Positions 42,584-53,007 of a stretch of DNA of 64,000 nucleotides are shown here, in pieces (position 1 is the stretch's first letter; each line of letters opens with the position of its first letter). The stretch spans positions 576,001 to 640,000 of the forward strand of contig CAXXFF010000002.1 in assembly GCA_963676835.2 (NCBI GenBank). The letters run 5' to 3'. The notes under the pieces are model-generated. The model was given only the letters and a program-made list of their open reading frames with translations. It searched no databases and was not told where the DNA came from. Source of the stretch: Marispirochaeta sp. GTDB lineage: Bacteria > Spirochaetota > Spirochaetia > JC444 > Marispirochaetaceae. Made by a program: the position numbers and the translations under genes.

Positions 42584-42700
42584 GTAGAATCTAACAGTAA
42601 TCTTACCGCTATCTAATATGGTTTTTTTGGCGAAAACTGTGGATATCGTGTTGATAAAAAATTACTATATAGTAACATTTGAAGAACTTCGCCAGACTTC

Positions 42701-42754
42701 AGAAGACCAGAAGACCAGAAGACCAGAAGACCAGAAGACCAGAAGACCAGAAGA
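42701..42754 (+). repeat. 8-bp tandem repeat (AGAAGACC)x6 plus a partial copy, in the ahcY leader
   Basis: Read directly; ends 18 bp before the ahcY ATG. Confidence 0.95.
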
Positions 42755-42772
42755 AAGGAAAAGGACAATACC

Positions 42773-44209
42773 ATGGAATATACAGTTAAAGACATTTCCC
42801 TTGCAGAATGGGGAAGAAAGGAAATTGAGATAGCCGAGAAAGAGATGCCCGGTCTCATCTCTATTCGTAAAAAATTTGCAAAGGCGCAGCCTTTAAAGGG
42901 TGTCCGTATTATGGGCAGCCTGCATATGACGGTTCAGACTGCTGTACTTATCGAAACCCTGGCAGATCTTGGTGCGGACCTGCGCTGGGCAAGCTGTAAT
43001 ATCTTCTCCACCCAGGATCATGCAGCTGCAGCTGTGGTGGTGGGACGGCCTGAAACCGGAGGAACCCAGGAAGCACCCAAAGGTGTACCGGTATTTGCCT
43101 GGAAGGGTGAAACCCTGGAAGAGTACTGGGACTGTACCTACCGCGCCCTCTCTTTCCCGGAAGGCAAAGGACCAAACCTGATTGTAGATGACGGCGGCGA
43201 TGCCACCCTGCTGGTGCATAAAGGGTTTGAACTGGAAAAAGGTTCTGCCTGGGTTAATGAAGCGGCTTCCAGTCGTGAAGAGGGCATTATCAAGGAACTG
43301 CTTAAAAGGATTAACGGAGAACGTGCCGGCTGGTGGAGTGAGATACTTCCTGAACTGAAAGGTGTTTCCGAAGAGACTACCACCGGTGTTCACCGTCTCT
43401 ATCAGATGAGAGATGCTGGTACCCTGCTCTTTCCGGCCATAAATGTTAACGACTCGGTAACCAAGAGCAAGTTTGACAATCTCTACGGATGCCGTGAATC
43501 CCTGGCTGATGGTATTAAGCGGGCAACAGATGTCATGGTTGCAGGTAAAGTAGTTACCGTCTGCGGCTACGGCGATGTGGGTAAAGGATGTGCCCAGTCC
43601 ATGCGCGGATTCGGTGCCCGGGTAATTGTTACTGAAATTGACCCTATATGTGCCCTTCAGGCTGCCATGGAAGGGTTCGAAGTCGCAACCGTAGAGGACA
43701 CCCTGGGTGAAGCTGATATCTATGTTACCACCACCGGAAACAGGGATATTATAACAACAGAGCACATGTCCCGCATGAAAGATCAGGCAATCGTCTGCAA
43801 CATCGGACATTTCGACAATGAAATTCAGGTGGACAAACTCAACGCCCTGCCTGGAGTTGAAAAAATCAATGTTAAACCCCAGGTGGATAAATATGTCTAT
43901 CCTGATGGAAAGGCGATTTTCCTGCTTGCTGAAGGCCGTCTGGTCAATCTCGGCTGTGCCACCGGTCATCCCAGCTTTGTAATGTCAAATTCCTTTTCCA
44001 ATCAGACCTTGGCACAGCTTGATCTCTGGGAAAACCAGGACAAGTATGAAAAAGAGGTCTACCGGTTACCGAAACAGCTTGACGAAGAGGTTGCCCGTCT
44101 GCATCTTGAAAAGATCGGTGTAAAACTGACTAAGCTGAGTAAAGAGCAGGCTGATTATATCGGGGTAAGTCAGGATGGGCCCTATAAACCTGAGCATTAT
44201 CGTTACTAG
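42773..44209 (+). CDS. ahcY: Adenosylhomocysteinase
   Basis: [33 protein letters not shown]-terminal HYRY. Confidence 0.98.
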   Translation: MEYTVKDISLAEWGRKEIEIAEKEMPGLISIRKKFAKAQPLKGVRIMGSLHMTVQTAVLIETLADLGADLRWASCNIFSTQDHAAAAVVVGRPETGGTQEAPKGVPVFAWKGETLEEYWDCTYRALSFPEGKGPNLIVDDGGDATLLVHKGFELEKGSAWVNEAASSREEGIIKELLKRINGERAGWWSEILPELKGVSEETTTGVHRLYQMRDAGTLLFPAINVNDSVTKSKFDNLYGCRESLADGIKRATDVMVAGKVVTVCGYGDVGKGCAQSMRGFGARVIVTEIDPICALQAAMEGFEVATVEDTLGEADIYVTTTGNRDIITTEHMSRMKDQAIVCNIGHFDNEIQVDKLNALPGVEKINVKPQVDKYVYPDGKAIFLLAEGRLVNLGCATGHPSFVMSNSFSNQTLAQLDLWENQDKYEKEVYRLPKQLDEEVARLHLEKIGVKLTKLSKEQADYIGVSQDGPYKPEHYRY

Positions 44210-44339
44210 GTTTTCTGGTAGCGGTTTGTTATAAACGACGGTAAGTCCGCAGAATTGCGCCCGGAGAGTTTGTTTACTTTCTTGATTTCTCTCCGGGTCT
44301 TATGTTTGCTTGCTATCGCAAAAAATCTAAGGAGTTTCT

Positions 44340-45512
44340 ATGTCAAATAGATCCTATCTCTTCACTTCCGAAAGTGTCTCGGAAGGTCATCCGGATAAAC
44401 TTGCAGACCAGGTTTCAGATGCTGTACTTGATGCCTGTCTTCAGGGAGATCCCAATTCAAAAGTTGCCTGCGAAACCTTTACCACCACAGGAATGGTACT
44501 GGTTGGAGGCGAAATAACCACCAACACCTATGTGGATATCCAGGAAGTTGCCCGGGGTGTAGCCAAGAAAATCGGCTATGATAAACCAGAATACGGCCTT
44601 GATTATGAATCCATGGCAGTAATGAACACCATCCACAGTCAGAGTCCTGATATTAATCAGGGAGTTGTCGGCCATGGCCTTAAAGAGTTTGAAGGACAGC
44701 AGGGTGCAGGCGATCAGGGAATGATGTTCGGCTTTGCCTGCTCAGAAACCGAAGAACTGATGCCGGCTCCCATTTCCCTTGCTCATAAACTGCTGCTGCA
44801 TGCTGCAGATATCCGTAAAAGCGGAAAACTGACATGGCTCCGACCGGACTCAAAAAGCCAGGTTACCATTGAGTATGACGGACATACACCGAAAAGGATT
44901 GATACTGTTGTTATCAGTCACCAGCACGATGACGGAATCGGTTATGACGAACTTAAATCTGAGATCATTGCCAAGATTGTCAAACCCATACTTGAGCCTA
45001 CCGGACTGCTGAATGAGGATACCAAGTACTTCATCAACCCTACCGGCCGATTCGTAATCGGCGGCCCCCACGGTGACTCCGGGCTGACAGGGCGGAAGAT
45101 TATTGTTGACACCTACGGTGGTATGGGCCGACACGGTGGCGGTGCCTTTTCCGGTAAAGACCCCAGCAAGGTAGACCGTTCAGCAGCCTATATGGCCCGC
45201 TATGTGGCAAAAAATGTGGTTGCTGCTGGTCTGTGTGAACGATGTGAAGTTCAGCTCTCCTACGCTATCGGAGTTCCTTTTCCGGTGAGTGTAATGGTAG
45301 AGGATTTTGGTACTGCAAATGTTGATATCACGAAGATTGAAACCGCGGTTAAGGATATTTTTGACCTCACTCCGGGAGGAATCGTTAAAACCCTCGATCT
45401 GCTGCGTCCGATTTACCAGGAGACAGCCGCCTACGGTCACTTCGGCCGGGACAGCTTTCCCTGGGAAAAGACAGATAAGGCTGCAGAGCTGAAAAGCGCC
45501 TGTGGAGCTTAA
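44340..45512 (+). CDS. metK: Methionine adenosyltransferase
   Basis: [28 protein letters not shown]. Confidence 0.98.
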   Translation: MSNRSYLFTSESVSEGHPDKLADQVSDAVLDACLQGDPNSKVACETFTTTGMVLVGGEITTNTYVDIQEVARGVAKKIGYDKPEYGLDYESMAVMNTIHSQSPDINQGVVGHGLKEFEGQQGAGDQGMMFGFACSETEELMPAPISLAHKLLLHAADIRKSGKLTWLRPDSKSQVTIEYDGHTPKRIDTVVISHQHDDGIGYDELKSEIIAKIVKPILEPTGLLNEDTKYFINPTGRFVIGGPHGDSGLTGRKIIVDTYGGMGRHGGGAFSGKDPSKVDRSAAYMARYVAKNVVAAGLCERCEVQLSYAIGVPFPVSVMVEDFGTANVDITKIETAVKDIFDLTPGGIVKTLDLLRPIYQETAAYGHFGRDSFPWEKTDKAAELKSACGA

Positions 45513-45540
45513 ACTACACTAATCTTACAATTAACAGATG

Positions 45541-45572
45541 GCTGTCCTGGAATGTACCGGGGCAGCTTTTTT
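45541..45572 (+). terminator. Intrinsic terminator after metK
   Basis: gctgtcctgg ... ccggggcagc followed by tttttt. Confidence 0.8.
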
Positions 45573-45575
45573 GTT

Positions 45576-45637
45576 ACAGGATGTACAGGATAGGAAGGAT
45601 ATAAAAAATAATATTTATACTATCCTTCCTGCCATGT
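45576..45637. repeat. REP-like palindromic element upstream of the GxxExxY gene
   Basis: acaggatgtacaggataggaaggata - 19 nt AT loop - tatccttcct. Confidence 0.75.
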
Positions 45638-45686
45638 TTTTTGCTGTTTGTTGAATCAAATCTACAGATTCGCGGTAATAACAGTT

Positions 45687-46109
45687 ATGCAGTCTGTTTC
45701 AATCCTGGATAATATCACTGAAATGATAATTGGAGCATCTTTCGAAGTTATAAATGAACTTGGATCAGGGTTTCTTGAAAAAGTTTATGAAAATGCCCTG
45801 TGTAGAGAACTTGAACAACAAAGGTTAAAAGTTGATCAGCAGAAAAAACTTGATGTCTGGTATAAAGGATCCTGTGTTGGACAATACCGGGCTGATTTGC
45901 TGGTAAATAACCAGATAATCGTTGAATTAAAAGCTGTAAAACACTTAGAGCCTATAAATTCTGCTCAGGTAATTAATTATTTGAAAGCATCAAATTATCC
46001 CTTGGGATTATTGATAAATTTTGGCAATCCAAGACTCGAAATCCGACGTTTATTCAATAGAAACGATAGGAATCAACAAGATATACAGGTTAGGAAGGAT
46101 CTGTGTTAA
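45687..46109 (+). CDS. GxxExxY protein (PD-(D/E)XK nuclease fold)
   Basis: LGSGFLEKVYENAL, YRADLLV...IIVELKAV, GLLINFG; ATG at 45687; AT-rich. Confidence 0.92.
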   Translation: MQSVSILDNITEMIIGASFEVINELGSGFLEKVYENALCRELEQQRLKVDQQKKLDVWYKGSCVGQYRADLLVNNQIIVELKAVKHLEPINSAQVINYLKASNYPLGLLINFGNPRLEIRRLFNRNDRNQQDIQVRKDLC

Positions 46110-46143
46110 TTCCTTTTCATCCTTCCTATCCTCCCCATCTTGT
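46076..46143. repeat. REP-like palindromic element at the 3' end of the GxxExxY gene
   Basis: 25-bp arms (20/25 complementary) around an 18-nt loop; left arm is 22/25 identical to 45576-45600. Confidence 0.8.
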
Positions 46144-46146
46144 CCC

Positions 46147-47139
46147 CTATTTCTTCCACTCCCCTGCATCTAGTCCGGATTTAACCTCCTTAAACTGATC
46201 CGCAGTAAACTGGGCTCCCTTCACGGTGACAATCCTGCTGGCAAGCCATGAGGCGCAGTAACCTGACTCTTCCGCAGACAATCCCTGGCTGAGCCCGTAA
46301 AGAAATCCTGCAGCGTAGGTGTCCCCTGCTCCGGTTGAGTCCACAGCATCAACCTTGAATACGGGAATCTGAAAATCCTCTGTTCTGGTATGGACAATGG
46401 ATCCCCGGGAACCGTCTTTAACCACGGCGATATCACAGACCCGGCCAAGACGATCAACACAGCCTTCCAGGGTATCACAGCCGTAGAGAATTTTCGCTTC
46501 TTCACAGTTTGCAAACAGGATATCCACATGGTTATTCAGAAGATCGATAAAATCATCCCGGTTGCGGGTTACCGCAAAAGGGTCGGCCACATCAAATACA
46601 ACCTTTGTATTCCCTTCCCGGCAGACTTCTATAGCCTTGAGAATAGCGGCTTTCTGCTCCTCCGTATCCCACATATAACCGGTAAAATAGAAATAGTCGG
46701 CATTGTAGACCATCTCCACATCAAGGTCAGCCAGGGAAAATTCCCGGTTTGCACCGAGATAGGTATTCATGGTTCGCTCTGTATCCGGGGTAATCAGGAT
46801 TATACTTGAACCGGTTGCCTCATCTCCCTGTTTCAGGGTCGATTTAGGGGAAATCTCCTTCAGCATCCTTATATACTCATTTCCTTCCTTATCCCTGCCT
46901 ACCTTACCGCCGACTGCGGCTTCTACACCGAGGGATGCCAGGGTAATAATGGTGTTGGGACAGGAGCCGCCACAGCGGTATTCTATGGGGCGGCCCTCCA
47001 GTGTGCTGAGTATGCGGGAGCGTTCATCCAGGTCAATCAGGTGCATGGTTCCCTTGGATAGACCGAGGGTTGTAATATCCTGTTCTTCAACCTGAATGAG
47101 AATATCGATCAGGGGATTGCCGATGCCGAATATGTTCAT
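46147..47139 (-). CDS. PfkB-family kinase, probable adenosine kinase
   Basis: GIGNPLID, GGSC.NT, ERTMNTYLGA, DSTGAGD; convergent on ahcY-metK. Confidence 0.85.
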   Translation of the reverse strand: MNIFGIGNPLIDILIQVEEQDITTLGLSKGTMHLIDLDERSRILSTLEGRPIEYRCGGSCPNTIITLASLGVEAAVGGKVGRDKEGNEYIRMLKEISPKSTLKQGDEATGSSIILITPDTERTMNTYLGANREFSLADLDVEMVYNADYFYFTGYMWDTEEQKAAILKAIEVCREGNTKVVFDVADPFAVTRNRDDFIDLLNNHVDILFANCEEAKILYGCDTLEGCVDRLGRVCDIAVVKDGSRGSIVHTRTEDFQIPVFKVDAVDSTGAGDTYAAGFLYGLSQGLSAEESGYCASWLASRIVTVKGAQFTADQFKEVKSGLDAGEWKK

Positions 47140-47301
47140 GGGATCTCCGTTGGTTTGGTTTTCAGGCAGTATATTCGATCATAGAATAAGTTAGAAGACA
47201 GGCCATTGTCAGTCTAACCATGGAATAAGGTAGGCTTCTTTAATTGATTTCTAAAAAAATAATCACAGTAATCTCATCTGTGAAAGGATTCATTATAATG
47301 C

Positions 47302-48306
47302 ATGGAATCGCGCAGACAAAGATTATTTCTACATATCGGGTATCCAAAAACAGCAACAACAGTACTGCAGAAGCATTATTTTCCCAAGCTTAAAGATATT
47401 TTTTATGCTGGAATCAATTATAACAGTAACCCGAAATTTCTGGTTTCCGAAACTGCGGTCGAATGTCTTGTGCATGGAGATGTTGATAAGGCGCGAAAGC
47501 TGAGGCTTTCAATATCGGAATCTCTGGCAAAGGAGTCTGCAGGTAAAGATATTCTCTTCGCGTTTGAAAAAATCATCGGAAGCATCTTTACACCGCGTAG
47601 AACCCCCGGAGGACGCTGGCATTATACTTCCCCCGAACAGGCGGTGGAGACCATCAGGGCTCTGTTTGATCCTGAAATTTTTGATCTTGTTTTTATAATA
47701 ACCATCAGAAACCAGGCAGAATTAATTCCATCCAAGTACGCACAGTCTTTCAGCAGTGCATATTCACGATTTAACGAATATTCGACCTTTGAGAAATTTA
47801 TAAAAAGGATATATGAAGACTCTGAGAGCAATATCCGGTCGGGGTTTGACTATAACAGGGTTATACAGTGTTTCGAAGGGAAATTCGGACAGGACCGGAT
47901 AAATATTCTGCTGTTTGAGCAGTTTGATGAATCCCCTGACATTTTTCTTCAGCAATTATGTGCAGTTATCGGTATTGAACACGACCGGAATAATTATGCT
48001 GGACATCAAAGGGAAAATGTTCGAAGTAGCAGTGATGGAATCAGATCACACACACCTGTTTCCTTACTGAATAAACTTGGAGATTTGCAGCGGAGATTTT
48101 TTCCCTGGTTAAAACTGAGGACTCCCAAGGTTTTTAAACCGCTGGGTCGGCTGCGTTTTCCCCGGCAAAAAAATCCCGGGGAAATACGATTGAGCACAGA
48201 AAAGAAGCAACAGATTTTAAGTATTTACGATAGTTCGAACAGACAGCTTTCTCAGCGTTTTGGTCTCAACCTGGAACAGTACAACTACTTTCCTATAGAT
48301 AGCTGA
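47302..48306 (+). CDS. Sulfotransferase-fold protein
   Basis: 5'-PSB-like LHIGYPKTATTVLQ; 3'-PB-like IRNQ...IPS.Y. Confidence 0.75.
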   Translation: MESRRQRLFLHIGYPKTATTVLQKHYFPKLKDIFYAGINYNSNPKFLVSETAVECLVHGDVDKARKLRLSISESLAKESAGKDILFAFEKIIGSIFTPRRTPGGRWHYTSPEQAVETIRALFDPEIFDLVFIITIRNQAELIPSKYAQSFSSAYSRFNEYSTFEKFIKRIYEDSESNIRSGFDYNRVIQCFEGKFGQDRINILLFEQFDESPDIFLQQLCAVIGIEHDRNNYAGHQRENVRSSSDGIRSHTPVSLLNKLGDLQRRFFPWLKLRTPKVFKPLGRLRFPRQKNPGEIRLSTEKKQQILSIYDSSNRQLSQRFGLNLEQYNYFPIDS

Positions 48307-48324
48307 CACTTAATTGGAGTTATA

Positions 48325-49149
48325 ATGCTGCGGGTAAAATATACGGTTAACCCGGTTTCAATAAGCAAACTTATTGACCGGGGATTTAAGGCTTTTTCAA
48401 ACAATTTAAGCTATTACAGTGTAAAGGACCTTCAGGTTGATCGGCATCTTGGATTTATTGCCGGGTGCGGACACAGCGGGACTACACTCTTAACAGCAAA
48501 GCTGAGTAATCACCCGGCGGTTTTTACCGTGGGAAGAGAAAGTAATAATTTTTCTCCCTTACGCAATCTCTATTTTTCCAGAGAAATCGTCAGGGAATGG
48601 TGCTTTACCGCAGAACAGTATGGAAAAAGTCATGTTATAGAAAAGACACCTAAGCATGTACATGTTTTAAACCGGATTTTAAGAATTGCTCCGGAAGCAA
48701 AAATTATCCTGATGATACGGAATCCCCTGGATACCTGCAGTTCTTTATATAAGAGGTTTAATAGCGTCAGCACTGCGGTCAAACGGTGGAACCTTGATAA
48801 TCAGGCTGTCCTTTCTAATATAGAGAAGTATTCTAACTCAGTACTTGTTATCCGCTATGAAGACCTTACGGAATGCCCGGAAAAGAGTATGGAAAAGATA
48901 GTACAATTCCTTGATTTGCCCTGGGATGAAATCATACTGTCCGCGGGAGAAACTGTATTTGATAAAACGTCTCTCCGCAGCAAAACAATGCAGCTGCGCC
49001 GGGATCAGGTACAAACTGCTATCAGATCAAATACCGGTAACTACCGGGAGAATCTATCCCCGGACCAGTCTGAACTGGTACTGAAGAAGACAGGCGCCGT
49101 TGCCCGTTCACTCGGCTATGATGAAGAATTCTACAGGGAATTTCTATGA
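48325..49149 (+). CDS. Sulfotransferase
   Basis: IAGCGHSGTTLL, EKTP, IRNPLDTCSS, RYEDL. Confidence 0.85.
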   Translation: MLRVKYTVNPVSISKLIDRGFKAFSNNLSYYSVKDLQVDRHLGFIAGCGHSGTTLLTAKLSNHPAVFTVGRESNNFSPLRNLYFSREIVREWCFTAEQYGKSHVIEKTPKHVHVLNRILRIAPEAKIILMIRNPLDTCSSLYKRFNSVSTAVKRWNLDNQAVLSNIEKYSNSVLVIRYEDLTECPEKSMEKIVQFLDLPWDEIILSAGETVFDKTSLRSKTMQLRRDQVQTAIRSNTGNYRENLSPDQSELVLKKTGAVARSLGYDEEFYREFL

Positions 49150-49952
49150 TCGAAGCGGCAATCCGGATAATTCTCCAGGCCGGCAGTGCCATCCTGAAAG
49201 TATATACAACAGAATTTACTGTAATAACAAAAACGGATACTTCTCCTTTAACCGAAGCGGATATGAAATCTCACCATATACTTGAAACAGGCCTGAAAGA
49301 CAATTATCCGGTACTTTCGGAGGAAAGTGATGCAGGTTCTTTTGATGACCGCAGGAATTGGTCGACTTTCTGGCTAATAGATCCGCTGGATGGAACCAAA
49401 GAGTTTATTAAGAGGAATGGCGAGTTTACGGTTAATGTTGCTTTAATTGAACATGGAGAACCGGTATTCGGCCTAGTCTATGTACCGGTAACAGATGTGC
49501 TTTATATCGGACATCATGGAAAAGGTGCTTGGATAATAGAGAATGCATCAGCGGCAGATCTGGAAAAATGGGAGAGTTTTGGAAAAAAGCTGCCATGTAA
49601 AACCGATCCCCGTCCTTTTACGATAGTCGCCAGCCGCAGCCACTTGAGTTCTGAAACAGAAAAATATATTGCTGCATTACAGAAAGAGCATCCTGACTGT
49701 GTTTCAGTAAGTGCCGGGAGCTCTCTAAAACTCTGTATGGTTGCGGAAGGAAGTGCAGACATCTACCCGCGTTTTGCTCCGACCATGGAGTGGGATACTG
49801 CTGCAGCGGATGCAGTCTGTCGAGCAGCAGGATGTACGGTTTCTCGCTGGTCTGAAAAAGTGAGCAGACCGGATGGACCCCTAGTATACAACAAAGAAGA
49901 TCTTCACAATCCCTGGTTTATTGTGACCGGTAAAAATGGAATAAAGGGATAA
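49146..49952 (+). CDS. cysQ: 3'(2'),5'-bisphosphate nucleotidase
   Basis: SPLTEAD, WLIDPLDGTKEF, EWDTAA. Confidence 0.95.
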   Translation: MIEAAIRIILQAGSAILKVYTTEFTVITKTDTSPLTEADMKSHHILETGLKDNYPVLSEESDAGSFDDRRNWSTFWLIDPLDGTKEFIKRNGEFTVNVALIEHGEPVFGLVYVPVTDVLYIGHHGKGAWIIENASAADLEKWESFGKKLPCKTDPRPFTIVASRSHLSSETEKYIAALQKEHPDCVSVSAGSSLKLCMVAEGSADIYPRFAPTMEWDTAAADAVCRAAGCTVSRWSEKVSRPDGPLVYNKEDLHNPWFIVTGKNGIKG

Positions 49953-49955
49953 CGG

Positions 49956-50867
49956 ATGCGGGAATATCAGCGAAATCATCTGCGTGAGCTTGAATCGGAA
50001 GCCGTCTATATTCTGCGTGAGGTAGCAGCCCAGTTTGAACGTCCTGCAATGCTCTTTTCCGGTGGGAAAGACTCCATCTGCATGGCCCATCTTGCCCGCA
50101 AAGCCTTCTGGCCCGGGAAAATTCCCTTTCCCCTGCTGCATGTCGATACGGAGCATAACTTTAAAGAAACGATCGAATACCGGGACTGGTATGTAAAAGA
50201 CGAACTTGGAGCAAACCTGATTGTGCGATCTGTGCAGGATTCCATTGATTCAGGCAGGGTAACAGAAGAGACCGGCCCGAGGGCAAGCAGAAACGGCTTG
50301 CAGACAGTCACATTATTGGATGCATTGAATGAGTTTCAGTTTGACTGTGCCATGGGTGGAGCCCGACGGGATGAAGAGAAAGCCCGGGCCAAGGAGCGTT
50401 TTTTCAGCTTCCGGGACAGCTTCGGCCAGTGGGACCCGAAAAACCAGCGGCCTGAATTATGGAATATCTTTAATACGCAGCATGCTATTGGTGAACATTT
50501 CCGGGTATTTCCCCTGTCCAACTGGACTGAACTGGATGTCTGGCAATATATAGCATTGGAATCAATCCCGATACCAAACCTCTATTTTTCCCATGAGAGG
50601 AAGGTTTTTGAACGGGATGGTGTGCTGCTCTATCATGACCCTGCAATGATAACTCTGCTGCCAGATGAACAGGTGGAAACCATGAGAGTTCGCTGCCGGA
50701 CAATCGGTGATGTAACCTGTACAGGGTTGTCTTTATCTGAGGCCTCGAGTCTTGAGGATATTATTGCAGAAGTGGCCTTCACCCGCACCACCGAGCGCGG
50801 CGGTCGGGCGGATGATAAACGGTCTGAAGCGGCTATGGAAGACCGGAAGAAACAGGGATATTTCTGA
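49956..50867 (+). CDS. cysD: Sulfate adenylyltransferase subunit 2
   Basis: LFSGGKDS, GGARRDEEKARAKER, MEDRKKQGYF. Confidence 0.97.
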   Translation: MREYQRNHLRELESEAVYILREVAAQFERPAMLFSGGKDSICMAHLARKAFWPGKIPFPLLHVDTEHNFKETIEYRDWYVKDELGANLIVRSVQDSIDSGRVTEETGPRASRNGLQTVTLLDALNEFQFDCAMGGARRDEEKARAKERFFSFRDSFGQWDPKNQRPELWNIFNTQHAIGEHFRVFPLSNWTELDVWQYIALESIPIPNLYFSHERKVFERDGVLLYHDPAMITLLPDEQVETMRVRCRTIGDVTCTGLSLSEASSLEDIIAEVAFTRTTERGGRADDKRSEAAMEDRKKQGYF

Positions 50868-52762
50868 TGAGTGGTGCAGCGAATGATTTCAATGTGGAAG
50901 AGTACCTGAACCGGGAGCTCCTGCGTTTTACTACTGCCGGAAGTGTTGATGACGGAAAAAGTACCTTAATCGGCCGGCTTCTGTACGACAGTAAGGCGAT
51001 TTTTCAGGATCAGATGGAGGCCCTGGAAAAAAGCAGCCGTCTGCGGGGAGAGGAATCGGTAAACCTTGCCCTGCTGACTGATGGACTGCGTTCCGAGCGG
51101 GAACAGGGGATCACCATTGATGTAGCCTACCGTTACTTTGCCACCCCAAAGCGTAAGTTCATAATTGCCGATACCCCCGGACATGAACAGTACACCCGGA
51201 ACATGGTTACCGGTGCCTCAACTGCACAGCTTGCGATTATCCTTATTGATGCACGTAATGGAGTCCTGCCCCAGTCCAAGCGTCACGGCATTCTTGCCAG
51301 TCTTCTGGGCATTCCTCATGTAATTGTTGCGGTAAACAAGATGGATGCGGTTGACTGGTCGGAAGAGGTGTACCGGGATATTGTTGAGGAGTACACAGAG
51401 TTTTCGGGGAAGCTGAATATTCATGATATAACCTTTATTCCTATAAGCGCTCTTTTGGGTGACAGTGTTGTCGAGAAGAGCGTGAATATGGACTGGTACG
51501 ATGGCCCGAGTGTGCTGCATCAGCTTGAGAATGTAACCATATCAGCAGATCGTAACCTGATCGATTTCCGCTTTCCGGTACAGTATGTAGTACGACCCCA
51601 CCAGGATTTCCGTGGTTTTGCGGGACGTATTGCAAGCGGAACCATTAAAGTTGGAGAACCGGTTATTACCCTGCCATCGGGACAGGAATCCCGGATTAAA
51701 GAAATAGTGACCTACAATGACACAAGGAAGCTAGAAGCCAGGGCAGGGGACTCAGTCATACTTACCATTGAGGATGAGCGTGATATCAGTCGTGGTGAGA
51801 TGATTGTACGCAAGAATAATGTCCCGGTAACGGGGAGGCATTTTGAAGCGACCATCTGCTGGATGGATGATAGTAAAAGCCTTGAAACCGGGAAGAGCTA
51901 CAGGATTCAGCATACAACCCGGCTGGTAAATGGTGTGATCAAGAAGCTGCGTTATCAGCTGGATGTGAATACCCTGCATCGACTGGATGCGGATACCTTA
52001 AACCTGAACGAAATAGGTCGTGTGGAGATAGAGACGGGGCAGCCCCTGTTTTTTGATCCCTATACCCAGAACCGTGAGACCGGGGGCTTTGTTATTATAG
52101 ATCCAGCATCCAACCTGACCGTAGCAGCTGGAATGATTCGGGGTGGAATAAGTCAGACTGAACGGGAAGAAATTCAGAAGACTCCCAGGGAAAGAAATAT
52201 TCAATGGGAGGCTTTTCCGGTTACCCGGCAGATGCGGGAAGAGAAGAATGGTCATAGAGGGCATTGTTTCTGGTTTACCGGCCTTTCCGGATCGGGGAAA
52301 AGCACTATAGCAAAAGCATTAAGTAAAAAACTGCATGATGAAGGGAAGAAGGTATATGTGCTCGATGGAGATAATATTCGGCATGGGTTGAATGCGGATC
52401 TTGGATTCAGTGAAGAAGACCGGGAAGAGAATATCCGTCGTATAGGGCATGTTGCACGGCTTATGTATGATGCAGGATTTATTGTAATCTGTTGTTTCAT
52501 CAGTCCGAAACAGAGTATGCGGGATGGTGTACGGAACTTGTTTCCCGAAGGGTCCTTCAGTGAAGTGTATATCAAGTGTAATATTGATGAATGTAGACGC
52601 CGGGATCCCAAAGGGCTGTATAAAGCAGCTGAAGAGGGGCTGATTGCTGATTTTACCGGGTTTGGTTCAGCATATGAGGCGCCGGATGAGCCTGATGTTC
52701 TTTTAGATACTCAGAAGCTTAAATCTGAGGTTATATTGTCAGAACTGTTTAAAAAACTGTAA
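50867..52762 (+). CDS. cysNC: Bifunctional sulfate adenylyltransferase subunit 1 / APS kinase
   Basis: GSVDDGKST, DTPGH, NKMD; C-terminal WFTGLSGSGKST, LDGDNIRHGL, DPKGLY. Confidence 0.96.
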   Translation: MSGAANDFNVEEYLNRELLRFTTAGSVDDGKSTLIGRLLYDSKAIFQDQMEALEKSSRLRGEESVNLALLTDGLRSEREQGITIDVAYRYFATPKRKFIIADTPGHEQYTRNMVTGASTAQLAIILIDARNGVLPQSKRHGILASLLGIPHVIVAVNKMDAVDWSEEVYRDIVEEYTEFSGKLNIHDITFIPISALLGDSVVEKSVNMDWYDGPSVLHQLENVTISADRNLIDFRFPVQYVVRPHQDFRGFAGRIASGTIKVGEPVITLPSGQESRIKEIVTYNDTRKLEARAGDSVILTIEDERDISRGEMIVRKNNVPVTGRHFEATICWMDDSKSLETGKSYRIQHTTRLVNGVIKKLRYQLDVNTLHRLDADTLNLNEIGRVEIETGQPLFFDPYTQNRETGGFVIIDPASNLTVAAGMIRGGISQTEREEIQKTPRERNIQWEAFPVTRQMREEKNGHRGHCFWFTGLSGSGKSTIAKALSKKLHDEGKKVYVLDGDNIRHGLNADLGFSEEDREENIRRIGHVARLMYDAGFIVICCFISPKQSMRDGVRNLFPEGSFSEVYIKCNIDECRRRDPKGLYKAAEEGLIADFTGFGSAYEAPDEPDVLLDTQKLKSEVILSELFKKL

Positions 52763-53007
52763 TTCATTTTTAGTCAGTTTCTACCAGTTTCATATCTAAT
52801 TTCCTTGAAAAAAACTATAGCTGTGGTATTATTGTTCGAAGATTGAACAATAATACTTAAGTGATTCCACATATCCCCTCTCTTGCAGGTAGTCTGTTCC
52901 GGCGGCGCCTTGCAAAGTGGGGTTTGAACTCCGTGTATTATATTTTGCAGAAAAATCAGCCTGCAGATGGAACTCCTGTGTCCTTTTTGAATTCCAGAGA
53001 AAGTATT

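Noticed and set aside
42893..43969. 358 aa antisense ORF, and similar ones opposite gatA, gyrA, jag and add
   Set aside because: Shadow frames of conserved genes with no recognisable protein motifs.
42600..44339. SAH or SAM riboswitch upstream of ahcY or metK
   Set aside because: No SAM-I or SAH consensus elements were recognised. Only a simple cccggagag/ctctccggg hairpin lies before metK. A covariance-model search would be needed to exclude other classes.
52763..53007. ops/JUMPstart element ahead of the glycan locus
   Set aside because: GGCGGCGC at about 52901 does not match GGCGGTAG, and no supporting context was seen.
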